DNA of 46,475 nt from Rhodocyclaceae bacterium. Lineage in GTDB: Bacteria > Pseudomonadota > Gammaproteobacteria > Burkholderiales > Rhodocyclaceae. Of the stretch, positions 37,807 to 46,475 are shown piece by piece (positions within the stretch are counted from its first letter, which is position 1; each line of letters begins with the position of its first letter). The stretch spans positions 1 through 46,475 of the forward strand of contig DAOLZE010000001.1 in the NCBI GenBank assembly GCA_035426125.1, read 5' to 3'. Below the pieces are notes generated by a model. It was not told where the DNA came from. It ran no database searches and was given only the letters and a program-made list of their open reading frames with translations. Both the position numbers and the translations under genes were made by a program.

Positions 37807-37863
37807 GAGTAAATCGGCGCTCCGTTCTTCACTCTCAACCCTCAACTCACAGATCTCAACTAC
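37792..37863. repeat. Inverted array of 7-bp repeats (AGTTAAG AGTTGAG AGT ... ACTCTCA ACCCTCA ACTCACA GATCTCA ACTA)
   Basis: Heptamer periodicity on both arms, which are reverse-complementary; between convergent genes. Confidence 0.65.
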
Positions 37864-37867
37864 CCTA

Positions 37868-38671
37868 TCAATCCTTAAAATCCGGCTTGCGCTTCTGCTT
37901 GCGCGCGCGGATCGATTCCTCGAAATTCTGCGTCGTCATGCGCATGAACAACTGGGCGTGACCTTCGTGGTTCATGTGCGAATGCAGGCTGCTGGAATCG
38001 AGGCCGGCCCACAGCATCTGCTTGGTCAGTTCGACACCAAGCTGGCTGTAGCCAATGATGCGCTCGGCAAGCAGGAAACATTCATCGAGCAGTTGTTCTC
38101 CCGGCACGACGCGCGAAACCAGACCGATGCGTTCCGCCTCGCTGGCGTCTACATCGCGACCCGACAGCATAATTTCAAAAGCACGCGTGGTGCCGATGGC
38201 GCGAGGCAGGATGAAGCTCAGGCCGAGTTCGGCAGCGGTCAGGCCGTTGTTGATACCGGCCGCGCGGAAGTAAGCGGTTTGCGAAGCGATGCGGATGTCG
38301 CAGGCCATGCTCAGGCAAAAACCACCGCCAATCGCCGGGCCGTTGATGGCGCAGATCACCGGCTGATGCATGTCGCGCACGGCGAGGATTACATCGTCGA
38401 GCACTTTCATGGCACGGCGCGAAATGCCCGGCATCGTCAGGCCTTCGAAGATCGGCAGAAAGCCGGGATCGACGAGGTCGGCACCCGAGCAGAAACCATC
38501 GCCGGCGCCGGTCAGTACGACAGCGCGGCAGTCGTTGTCAAAACTCACCTCCTCAAGCGCCTCGCGCAACGGCACCATCACGTCGAAGGCCATCGCGTTC
38601 ATGCGCTCCGGCCGGTTAAGCGTGATCTGGGTGATGTGGGGACGCGGCTTTTCGATCAGGATGAACGACAT
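37868..38671 (-). CDS. Enoyl-CoA hydratase/isomerase
   Basis: ITLNRPERMNAM, FCSGADL, PVICAINGPAIGGG and AERIGLVS motifs; start at ATG 38671. Confidence 0.9.
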   Translation of the reverse strand: MSFILIEKPRPHITQITLNRPERMNAMAFDVMVPLREALEEVSFDNDCRAVVLTGAGDGFCSGADLVDPGFLPIFEGLTMPGISRRAMKVLDDVILAVRDMHQPVICAINGPAIGGGFCLSMACDIRIASQTAYFRAAGINNGLTAAELGLSFILPRAIGTTRAFEIMLSGRDVDASEAERIGLVSRVVPGEQLLDECFLLAERIIGYSQLGVELTKQMLWAGLDSSSLHSHMNHEGHAQLFMRMTTQNFEESIRARKQKRKPDFKD

Positions 38672-38718
38672 GAAAATTCTCCCGTGCTTTTCGTAAATGC
38701 CGGACACATGACGCCGGA

Positions 38719-40356
38719 TCAGCCCTGAAGCTGTTCTTCGGCGGCGGATTTTGCCCAGCGATAGTCGGCCTTGCCGACCGGCGTGCGCAAGACTTCGGAG
38801 ACGAAGACGATATCCTTGGGCACCTTGTAGCCAGCAATGTGCTGACGCGCATGCGCGCGGATGGCTTCGGCATCCTCGGCCACACCGGGACGCAGCGCGA
38901 CGACGGCGACCACCTTCTGGCCCCAGCGCGCATCGGAAACACCGATCACCACGGCATCGACAACACCGTCATAGGATCGAACAGCTTCCTCGACCTCCTC
39001 GGTGAACACTTTCTCGCCGCCAGTGTTGATGCACTGGGAATTGCGGCCGAAGACGGTGATCGTGCCATCCTCTTCGAGGCGCGCGTTGTCGCCGCTGATC
39101 GAACAACGGTGACCGTCGATCGTGACGAAGGTCTCGTCGGTTTTCTTTTTGTCCTTGAAATAGCCGAGCGGCAGATGGCCCATACGCACCAGAATGCCCA
39201 TCTCACCGGGCTTGGCAAAACGCACGCCATCGACGGCAACATCGGTAGTATCGTTGCGCGTCAGTGCGATCAGCCCTTCGTTGATCGGCTTGGTGCCGGT
39301 ACCCGACTGGCCAGTCTCAGAAGAGCCCATGCTGTTGATAAGACGAATGTAGGGCGGCAGAAATTCCTTTAACCCCTGCTGGACGTGTTCGGAAAACAGC
39401 GCGCCCGCGGAGGAGATCGCCATCAGGCAGGACAAGTCCCAGCGACCCGGATTGGCGCGCAGGGTATCGAGCAGTGGAATGCCCATGGCATCGCCGACGA
39501 TCATCATGCAGCTGATCTCTTCCTTGACGATCTTGTCGAGAATATGTTCGGGGACGAAGCCCGGATTCTCGTTGAGAAACACGGTATGGCCGGCATACAG
39601 GCCGATCAGCGTCGCCCACAGACCGGCGCCGTGCATCAGCGGTGCGGTCGGCAGCAGCTTCATGTAGAAACTTTCCTGGACATGCGTGGCGAGATTTTCA
39701 GGTGCCTTGATCGGACCGTCCGGATGAAAATTGCCACCGCCGCCGAAGCCTGCGTAGAAGATCGCCTTGTGCGGCCAGATCACGCCCTTCGGCATGCCGG
39801 TCGTGCCGCCGGTGTAGAGCAGCATCAGATCATCATCAGCGAGGAGGATGTCGTCGAGCGAGCCGCTTGCCGAAGCCAGCGCATCCTCATAATTGACCGC
39901 ACCCTTGATTCCTGGCTGACTGCCGGCAGTATCGTGCGTACCGCTGTGGTCGATGCGCGCCATGGCACGGATGCCCGGTGCAGCAGACAACGCACCTTCG
40001 GCAAGCGGTTCAAGATCGGCGCTGTAGACCAGCGCCTTGAGATCGGCGTTGTCGTAGATGTAACGCAGTTCCTCGACGGTATAGCGGAAATTGATGTTGA
40101 CCGGAATCGCCTTGAGCTTGAAGGCGGCCATGCAGATTTCGACATATTCGGTACAGTTGAAGGCGTGAATGCCGACTGTGTCGCCGGCAGCGATGCCCTT
40201 CGAGAGCAGCCACAGCGCCAGCTTCGTCGCACGATCTTCAATCTGGCGATAGGTGAGGCGGCGCTCGCCACAGACCAGAGCCTCTTTGTCGGGAACAGTC
40301 TCAACGACGATCTGGAACAGATCGGACAAGTTGTAGGTTCTCTTTCTGCTGCTCAT
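38719..40356 (-). CDS. Acyl-CoA synthetase, FadD19-like
   Basis: YNL.DLF, YTGGTTGMPKGVIW, APLMHGAG, GSSETG, GR.SQCINTGGEKVF.EEVE and GKADYRWAK; start ATG 40356 or TTG 40368. Confidence 0.85.
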   Translation of the reverse strand: MSSRKRTYNLSDLFQIVVETVPDKEALVCGERRLTYRQIEDRATKLALWLLSKGIAAGDTVGIHAFNCTEYVEICMAAFKLKAIPVNINFRYTVEELRYIYDNADLKALVYSADLEPLAEGALSAAPGIRAMARIDHSGTHDTAGSQPGIKGAVNYEDALASASGSLDDILLADDDLMLLYTGGTTGMPKGVIWPHKAIFYAGFGGGGNFHPDGPIKAPENLATHVQESFYMKLLPTAPLMHGAGLWATLIGLYAGHTVFLNENPGFVPEHILDKIVKEEISCMMIVGDAMGIPLLDTLRANPGRWDLSCLMAISSAGALFSEHVQQGLKEFLPPYIRLINSMGSSETGQSGTGTKPINEGLIALTRNDTTDVAVDGVRFAKPGEMGILVRMGHLPLGYFKDKKKTDETFVTIDGHRCSISGDNARLEEDGTITVFGRNSQCINTGGEKVFTEEVEEAVRSYDGVVDAVVIGVSDARWGQKVVAVVALRPGVAEDAEAIRAHARQHIAGYKVPKDIVFVSEVLRTPVGKADYRWAKSAAEEQLQG

Positions 40357-40406
40357 TACTGCCTCCAAAAATCAATAAACGACGGTGCCAACTTTATCGG
40401 CTTTAT

Positions 40407-40437
40407 TCCGTCATTCCGCTTTCGCGGGAATGACGGA
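40407..40437. repeat. Collapsed GTCATTCCCGC...GCGGGAATGAC-type palindromic repeat
   Basis: TCCGTCATTCC-gctttcgcg-GGAATGACGGA hairpin. Confidence 0.65.
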
Positions 40438-40487
40438 GCGGTGATTCAAGTGGCAAGGGTATTGCCGAGTTTTTCTGATTTTTCCTG

Positions 40488-41501
40488 TTACAGCGCGAGC
40501 TCCGCCATGGTGCGTATCGTTGCGCTATCGACGTTGCCCATCAGCAGCAATGTGGTCACCGGCGAATCTTGCCAGGCTTGCAGGCGATCCTTGATGCGCG
40601 CCTTCGAACCGCACAGGGATATTTCGTCAGCGAACTGGCTGGGGACCACGCTCATGGCTTCCTCGCGCTTGCCTTCAAAGAACAACTCCTGAATTTTGTT
40701 GGCTTCGGCCTCGAAGCCCATGCGACACATCAGATCCTTGTGGAAATTCTTTTCCTTCGAACCCATCCCGCCGATGTAGAACGCCAGCGTCATCTTGACC
40801 GGCATCAACGCGCTCTCCAGATCGTCATCGATATTGACATGGACCAGCGGTGCGATCTCGAAGCCCGGCTTCATGTTCTTCAACTGATCGGCATACACTT
40901 CCTGGCGGAACGGGCTGTAATACACGGGCAGCCAGCCATCGGCGATCTCCACCGTCTGAGTAACGTTCTTCGGCCCTTCTGCACCGAGGTAGATCGGCAG
41001 ATCGGCGCGTAGCGGATGGGTGATCGAACGCAATGGTTTACCCATGCCGGTCGATCCGGAGCCCATGTAGGGCAGCGGGTAATGCTCGCCGTTGTTGCTC
41101 ACCGGCGCATCGCGGCGCAGTACCTGGCGAATGATGTCGACATACTCGCGGGTACGCGCCAGCGGCTTGGCGAAGGGCTGGCCGTACCAGCCTTCAACGA
41201 CCTGCGGGCCGGACACACCGAGACCGAGGATCATGCGACCGCCAGAGAGGTGATCGAGCGCCAGCGCCGCCATTGCACAAGCCGTTGGTGTGCGTGCAGA
41301 AAGCTGTGCGATACCGGTGCCGAGCTTGATCTTCGAGGTGTGCGCACCGATCCAGGCGAGCGGAGTGAATGCGTCATTGCCCCAGGACTCGGCCGTCCAC
41401 ACCGAATCGAAGCCGAGTGCTTCCGCCTCCTGAGCAAGCTTCACATTGTAGTCCGCGGGAGGATTGGCGTACCAGTAACCGAATTGCAGACCGAGCTTCA
41501 T
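40488..41501 (-). CDS. LLM-class F420-dependent oxidoreductase, Rv3520c-like
   Basis: MKLGLQ.GYW, TAESWG.DA.TPLAW, QLSARTPTACAMAAL.LDHLSGGR, GVSGPQVVEGWYG and HPLRADLPI.LGAEGPKNV motifs. Confidence 0.88.
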   Translation of the reverse strand: MKLGLQFGYWYANPPADYNVKLAQEAEALGFDSVWTAESWGNDAFTPLAWIGAHTSKIKLGTGIAQLSARTPTACAMAALALDHLSGGRMILGLGVSGPQVVEGWYGQPFAKPLARTREYVDIIRQVLRRDAPVSNNGEHYPLPYMGSGSTGMGKPLRSITHPLRADLPIYLGAEGPKNVTQTVEIADGWLPVYYSPFRQEVYADQLKNMKPGFEIAPLVHVNIDDDLESALMPVKMTLAFYIGGMGSKEKNFHKDLMCRMGFEAEANKIQELFFEGKREEAMSVVPSQFADEISLCGSKARIKDRLQAWQDSPVTTLLLMGNVDSATIRTMAELAL

Positions 41502-41539
41502 GGTGGCGTTCCCTCAGAATTGATGATCTGTCGAACCTG

Positions 41540-43117
41540 TTATTTTGCCCGTTCCAGGAACGGTTGTGGCATAAAACTGTTGCTGTTGCTGTCATTGGTG
41601 AAACACACCTCGCCTGCGACGCCCAGCGGCTCACCTTCCATCAGCCAGGCGAGGATATCGGGTCGATCCTCTGGCGTATTCGCAAGGAAGCGCGCATTGT
41701 TGGCGAGCAGGCGGCCAACGATCACGCCGCGTACCGGCTGACCACGTTTGCAGATCACTGTGAAGGTTTCGATGCAGCCGCGTCCGGCCGGCCGCTCCTC
41801 GATGTGCGGCGACGGCATAGCGTCGAGTACAGCCTGATCGATCGATGGGTCGACGCGCAGCCATGGGCCCACATCCGGCACGGTCGAGTAGATACCCACC
41901 GACTGCTTCGACAGCAGGCCACCGTTGGCAGTGATCAGCGCATAGCGCTCATCGGTGCGACGCAAGCGCATCACGGCTTCGGCAATCGCATGCAGGCTGT
42001 AGGCATTCAACGGGCCACCAAAGTAGGGCAGGCCGCCGGTCAATGTCAGATCGCGCGGATCGTCTTCGGCAATGCCGAGTTCGGTGCGGGCGAGTTCAAC
42101 GGCACAGGGGAAGCAGCTGTAAAGATCGAAGCAATCGATCTCGTCGATGCCGACACCGGCCATCGACAGCGCGCGCCGTCCGGCAATCCCGATGGCCGGT
42201 GCGGAAAAATAATTAACGTGATCGAGGGCACGCAGCTTGTCGTTGCAGTCACCGCAGCCGCGCAAAAATACCCACTGCGACGCATCGATACCGAGTGCCC
42301 GTGCATGGCCGGCCGAGGTCATGATCACCGCCGCTGCCTGATCGACGCGGTTGTTGGCAACCATCCACTTGGTGAATGGATGGCTGATGCGGCGGTTTTC
42401 TGCTGTAACGGTGGCGATCTCAGTGGCACTGCGCCGTGCCGGAAATGCCGCCAGCGGATTATTGGCCGCCACCGTCGAAAGCCGCGCGCAGAGTTTACCC
42501 ATCACCGCCATATGTTCGGTCGACGATTCGCCGCGCTGCCCGCGCAGGGCATTCTCGAACAGCGCATAGGAACCGGCCGGCAGGTCCAGGCCGTGGATAA
42601 TTTCATACATGCTGATCAGCATGCCGACCTGATCCTCGTCCTCACCGAGGACTTCACAGGAACCCGGCGGGTCCTCGTTCCAGTCGAGCCGAATGGCTTC
42701 CCGCTCGGCCTCATCGCTCGTACGCTGCGCCTCGCCACCGACCAACAGTAATGCACGGCATTCACCACGCGCAATTTTTTCGGCGTATTCGTTGAGTACC
42801 GCTTGCGGTGCATTGCCGCCGATTTTCGAATACACGGCATGCGGCGGATCGATATTGAGGCGATGACACAACGAACGTGGCGGCTTGGTCGACTTGCCGA
42901 ATGGCAACGGTGCCCAGCCACCCATGTCGGCAAACAGGCGGATGAAACCAACCACATCGATACTGGCGCGCAAGGTTTCGGCGCACCCGGAATCGGTCAG
43001 CGCCAACTCCGCCACAACGGCGGCCAGATCGACCGGCGCGCAGGGAACGGTTGGATCGAAGGCGCCCGGTGCATACTGGCCGACGCCGACGATGACGGGA
43101 GTGGAATCAGGAATCAT
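41540..43117 (-). CDS. Thiolase-like protein with additional C-terminal domain (TLP1-type)
   Basis: TPVIVGVGQ, GGNAPQ, Y.LFENALR, VDQAAA, DLYSCFP, TGGLPYFGGP.NAYS and TANGG.LSK motifs. Confidence 0.8.
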   Translation of the reverse strand: MIPDSTPVIVGVGQYAPGAFDPTVPCAPVDLAAVVAELALTDSGCAETLRASIDVVGFIRLFADMGGWAPLPFGKSTKPPRSLCHRLNIDPPHAVYSKIGGNAPQAVLNEYAEKIARGECRALLLVGGEAQRTSDEAEREAIRLDWNEDPPGSCEVLGEDEDQVGMLISMYEIIHGLDLPAGSYALFENALRGQRGESSTEHMAVMGKLCARLSTVAANNPLAAFPARRSATEIATVTAENRRISHPFTKWMVANNRVDQAAAVIMTSAGHARALGIDASQWVFLRGCGDCNDKLRALDHVNYFSAPAIGIAGRRALSMAGVGIDEIDCFDLYSCFPCAVELARTELGIAEDDPRDLTLTGGLPYFGGPLNAYSLHAIAEAVMRLRRTDERYALITANGGLLSKQSVGIYSTVPDVGPWLRVDPSIDQAVLDAMPSPHIEERPAGRGCIETFTVICKRGQPVRGVIVGRLLANNARFLANTPEDRPDILAWLMEGEPLGVAGEVCFTNDSNSNSFMPQPFLERAK

Positions 43118-43168
43118 GCTGCTCCGATTGGGGTTTTCAGTGGCGCGGAACCCGCGTCTTTCACCGGA

Positions 43169-43741
43169 TCATGGTTGGGTCAAATCGTTAGCCGATTCCA
43201 GCATCACCACCGAAAATTTCCGGGGGCTGCGATCTTCGATTTCCTGCCACATCGGAAACATTGCGGTCAACGCCGGCCAATAATTGGCTTTTTCTTCTGC
43301 ACTCAAAATTTTTGCACGCATGCGCCGTTGAGGTTTTCTCTTTTCATCTACGAGAACCTGCGGGTTCTCCTTTACATTCAGCAACCAGACCGGATCAGTC
43401 GGAGCGCCGCTGTTGGAAGCCACCAACAGGAAACGCGCACCTTCCCGCATGAAAAATACCGGTTGCTTTCGCGGCTTGCCGGTCTTGCGTCCGATGGTGG
43501 TGATCAGGATCAGCGGCAGACCGAGAAAGCTGTTGCCGAGCAGGCCTCCGCTGATCCAGAGCAGGAATTTGTTGGCTCTGTTGACCAATAGCCGGCCGAC
43601 CCGGAATCGCACCTGCTCAGAATCGGTAAATGTTTTGGTTTTTCCTGTTTTTTTCTCAAAATTACCATCCGTTTCGCCGAGTATCAGGATGTAAAAAGTA
43701 TGGAAGACTGCGTGAATAATGCCTTTTTTGATCTTGCTCAT
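43169..43741 (-). CDS. Deazaflavin (F420H2)-dependent nitroreductase family (Ddn/FDOR-A-like)
   Basis: LITTIGRKTGKPR..P, LVASN.GA..DP.W..N..ENP and R..R.F.VV.LE; start at ATG 43741. Confidence 0.82.
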   Translation of the reverse strand: MSKIKKGIIHAVFHTFYILILGETDGNFEKKTGKTKTFTDSEQVRFRVGRLLVNRANKFLLWISGGLLGNSFLGLPLILITTIGRKTGKPRKQPVFFMREGARFLLVASNSGAPTDPVWLLNVKENPQVLVDEKRKPQRRMRAKILSAEEKANYWPALTAMFPMWQEIEDRSPRKFSVVMLESANDLTQP

Positions 43742-43858
43742 CTCGTTGCTTTCAGAAAAACGGATTGGGGTATGGCTGACTCTGGAGCAGAGAGCCCGTC
43801 GATTGCTTGAATGGGATTTATGTGGATTCGTCAACCGGAAAACCGTGGATTACTTTTT

Positions 43859-45028
43859 TCAACTAAACCCCAGCTGCCTTGCGGCAAAGTCAAGGAGGAT
43901 TTCCTCCGAGCCGCCGCCGATCACATGGGCGCGCACATCGCGATAGATGCGCTCGATCTTGACGCCCTTGATGAAACTCGCGCCACCAAGAATCTGCGCA
44001 CATTCGCGCGCGCAGAAATCGAGAGTACGCGAGGCCTGCACCTTGCATAGCGCGAGGATGCCGTAATCGAGTTTGTCATTGTTATAGGCCCACACCATCT
44101 GGTCGACCAGCGCTTGCGTGGCGCTGATCTGACGCACCATCTCGGCAAATTTGTGGCGGATCACCTGGTTCTTGATCAGTGGCTTGCCAAAAGTCACGCG
44201 CTGCTTCGCCCAGGCGTGCGCCTCGTCGACGGCGCAACGTGCATAGGCCAGCATGCCGGCAGACATGCCGATGCGTTCGGCGTTGAGGTTGTGTACCACC
44301 GCCATGAATCCGTTATCTTCCGGGCCGATGATATTTTCATAGGGAATTTCCACGTCGTCGAAATACAGTGCTGCGGTGTCGGACATGTGCCAACCCATTT
44401 TTTCCAGTTTGGTCTGGGTAAATCCGGGCCGTCCCTTCTCGACGAGAAACAGCGCCAGGCCGTCCGGGCCGGGACCGCCAGTGCGCGCCACGACGGTGTA
44501 GTAATCGGCACGCATGCCACCGCTGATGAACATTTTCGAGCCGTTCAATATCCACTTGTCGCCGCGCTTTTCAGCGCGTGTCTGGATCGCCGAAATATCC
44601 GAACCGCCGGAAGGTTCGGTGATGCAGATCGACATGAGCTTCCTGCCGGCCAGCACATCGGGAGCGATGCGCTGCTTCATCTCTTCTGTACCGAGCTTGA
44701 TGACTGGCGCCAGCGCGACGCTGTGAATCATCAGCGCCGGTTGCAGGCCACTAGCACCCGTGCGGGCGAGTTCCTCGGTACAGACGAGGCCGTGGTACAT
44801 GTCCACACCTTCCGATATGCCGCCGTATTCCTCCGGAAACCCTTGCTGCAGGATGCCGACTTCGGCGGCCTTGAGATGCAGTTCGCGCGGCACTTCGCCG
44901 GCAGCCTCCCAAGCCTCGACGTGCGGCATGATTTCCTTGTCGACGAAGCGGCGCACGGTCTGCGCCCACTTTTCGTGGCTCTCATTGTAGAACGGCGAAT
45001 TGCTGCGCCAGTCGTCAAACAATGCCAT
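43859..45028 (-). CDS. Acyl-CoA dehydrogenase
   Basis: ITEPSGGSD, NGSKMFIS, KMGWH.SDTA.LYFDDV, R.TFGKPL and IGGGSEEI motifs. Confidence 0.92.
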   Translation of the reverse strand: MALFDDWRSNSPFYNESHEKWAQTVRRFVDKEIMPHVEAWEAAGEVPRELHLKAAEVGILQQGFPEEYGGISEGVDMYHGLVCTEELARTGASGLQPALMIHSVALAPVIKLGTEEMKQRIAPDVLAGRKLMSICITEPSGGSDISAIQTRAEKRGDKWILNGSKMFISGGMRADYYTVVARTGGPGPDGLALFLVEKGRPGFTQTKLEKMGWHMSDTAALYFDDVEIPYENIIGPEDNGFMAVVHNLNAERIGMSAGMLAYARCAVDEAHAWAKQRVTFGKPLIKNQVIRHKFAEMVRQISATQALVDQMVWAYNNDKLDYGILALCKVQASRTLDFCARECAQILGGASFIKGVKIERIYRDVRAHVIGGGSEEILLDFAARQLGFS

Positions 45029-45084
45029 GGCGATCCTTTCGAAACATGTTGCTTACTGTGTCAGTGTCCTGGTGGCGATCAACT

Positions 45085-46269
45085 TCAAGCCACTCCATTC
45101 TTCCGCAATTCGGCAATCTCCTCCGCGCCATAACCGAGATCCGCAAGTACCTCGTTGTTATGTTCGCCGAGCAGCGGGGGACGGCGCTCGATGCCAAAGT
45201 CGAAATCGCTCATTTTGATCGGGAAGGCGTACTGACGAAAATTTCCACGCTGCATTTCCGGATGTTCGCAATCGACAATCATGCCACGCGCTTTCGTATT
45301 CGGATGTTCGATCGCCTCATCAAGGCGCAGCGCCGGTGTCGTACAGCCGTCGACATTTTCCAGCAGCGCGCTCCATTCGGAAAAGTTGCGGGACTTGATC
45401 AACTCGGCGATTTCCGCCCTGGCCGCCGGTGCCTCTTCACCGAGCGCAAAGCCGCGCGGCAGCAGATCGGGGCGTTCGATCGCCGCACAGAAATTCTGCC
45501 AGAAGTGCGGCTCGATCGCGCCAAGCGCCAGGTAACGGCCATCGGCGGTTTCATACACGCCGTAGCAGGGTAAGCGGCCACTGGTGTAGTCATCGCCCCG
45601 TGGCAGTGGCCTGCCCTCACCGTAGCTTTGCAGCGCCGCCATCGGCATGATGTTGTGGGCCATCGCGCAATCAGTCATTGATACGTCAACATGACGGCCA
45701 TGGCCCGAACGCTGCGCATCGAACAGTGCGGCAAGAATACCCATCGCCGCCGACAGCGTGCCACCGGCCAGATCGGCGATCTGGAAGTTGCCCTGCGCCG
45801 GCACCCCGTCGGCCGCACCGCTCTGATCGAGGATGCCTGCATAGCCCTGGTAGTTGATATCGTGGCCGCCCTTGGCGACATACGGGCCGGTCTGCCCATA
45901 GCCGGTAATCGAGCAATAGACGAGACGTGGATTAATCGCGTGCAGCGTCTCATAACTCATGCCGAGCCGCGCCATCGCGCCGGGACGAAAACCTTCGACG
46001 ACAATATCGGCATCCTTCACCAGTTTGTGCACCAGTGCGACACCGGCCTCCTGGCGCAGGTCGACGCTGAGTGAACGCTTGTTGCGATTCAAGAGCAGGA
46101 ACAGCATCGACAGTTCGCCGTTCGGCGAAAAACGCACAGCATCACCAGTGGTGCGATTCTCGATCTTCAATACCTCGGCACCCATGTCGGCAAGATGCTG
46201 CGTGCAGAGGGGGCCGGGCAGCAGTTGGGAAAAATCCAGCACACGAATGCCGCTCAAGGGCTTGGTCAT
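45085..46269 (-). CDS. CaiB/BaiF family III CoA-transferase (AMACR-like)
   Basis: PLSGIRVLD, LADMGAEVLKIE, NRNKRS, EGFRPG, GYGQTGP, GHDINY and ADLAGG; start at ATG 46269. Confidence 0.9.
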   Translation of the reverse strand: MTKPLSGIRVLDFSQLLPGPLCTQHLADMGAEVLKIENRTTGDAVRFSPNGELSMLFLLLNRNKRSLSVDLRQEAGVALVHKLVKDADIVVEGFRPGAMARLGMSYETLHAINPRLVYCSITGYGQTGPYVAKGGHDINYQGYAGILDQSGAADGVPAQGNFQIADLAGGTLSAAMGILAALFDAQRSGHGRHVDVSMTDCAMAHNIMPMAALQSYGEGRPLPRGDDYTSGRLPCYGVYETADGRYLALGAIEPHFWQNFCAAIERPDLLPRGFALGEEAPAARAEIAELIKSRNFSEWSALLENVDGCTTPALRLDEAIEHPNTKARGMIVDCEHPEMQRGNFRQYAFPIKMSDFDFGIERRPPLLGEHNNEVLADLGYGAEEIAELRKNGVA

Positions 46270-46312
46270 ATTCAGTGACTCTGCGGACAAAATAAATCGT
46301 TCAAGAATCCGT

Positions 46313-46474
46313 TCAGCCTGATTGCCTATCGCTACCCAAGGCATCAAGTCGCTCGACCGCTTCGACATATTCGTTGAGCAGGCGGAACATCACGTCCTTG
46401 CTTGCTTCGATCTGCTTGATCTGACCGATTACCTGGCCGCAGGGATTGAACAGTACCTTGCGTGTGTCAGCAAC
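46313..46474 (-). CDS. C-terminal fragment of a CDS running off the window, probably nitronate monooxygenase/FMN-oxidoreductase family
   Basis: My translation gives ...VLFNPCGQVIGQIKQIEASKDVMFRLLNEYVEAVERLDALGSDRQSG*; the GQV.G...V...L..EY..A.ERL tail resembles that family. Confidence 0.55.
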   Translation of the reverse strand, partial: VADTRKVLFNPCGQVIGQIKQIEASKDVMFRLLNEYVEAVERLDALGSDRQSG

Positions 46475-46475
46475 G

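Overview
A GC-rich proteobacterial chromosome segment. The gene content suggests a betaproteobacterium of the Rhodocyclales/Sterolibacteriaceae type, which is an inference. Core genes (groES-groEL with a perfect CIRCE and a sigma32 promoter, tRNA-Phe, tRNA-Pro, ispB, ilvA, rsuA and an RsmC-like methyltransferase) are interleaved with several blocks of lipid/steroid catabolic genes. By recalled motifs these blocks resemble the actinobacterial sterol side-chain pathway: a split DUF35 pair with Ltp4/Ltp3-like proteins, a Hsd4A/ChsB1-like SDR, MaoC, a FadA5-like thiolase, a FadE28/FadE29-like ACAD pair, a FadD19-like ligase, an Rv3520c-like F420-type LLM enzyme and a Ddn-like deazaflavin reductase. 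Three of the catabolic promoters share a palindrome, T(A/C)GTCC-N4-GGA(C/T)GA, at a constant ~30 bp upstream of a -10-like hexamer, which suggests an activator regulon. The DUF35/Ltp operon instead has its own 26-bp operator-like palindrome. Accessory material includes an exact 283-bp tandem duplication of an AT-rich membrane-protein gene starting at an attC-like GTT site, an antiporter/YbdK/C26-hydrolase operon with a structured leader, a BsuBI/PstI-like type II R-M pair, a secreted Cys-rich orphan, a MASE1-PAS-GGDEF protein with a degenerate EAL domain, and several small palindromic repeat families. All family calls come from motif recognition; no database searches were run.
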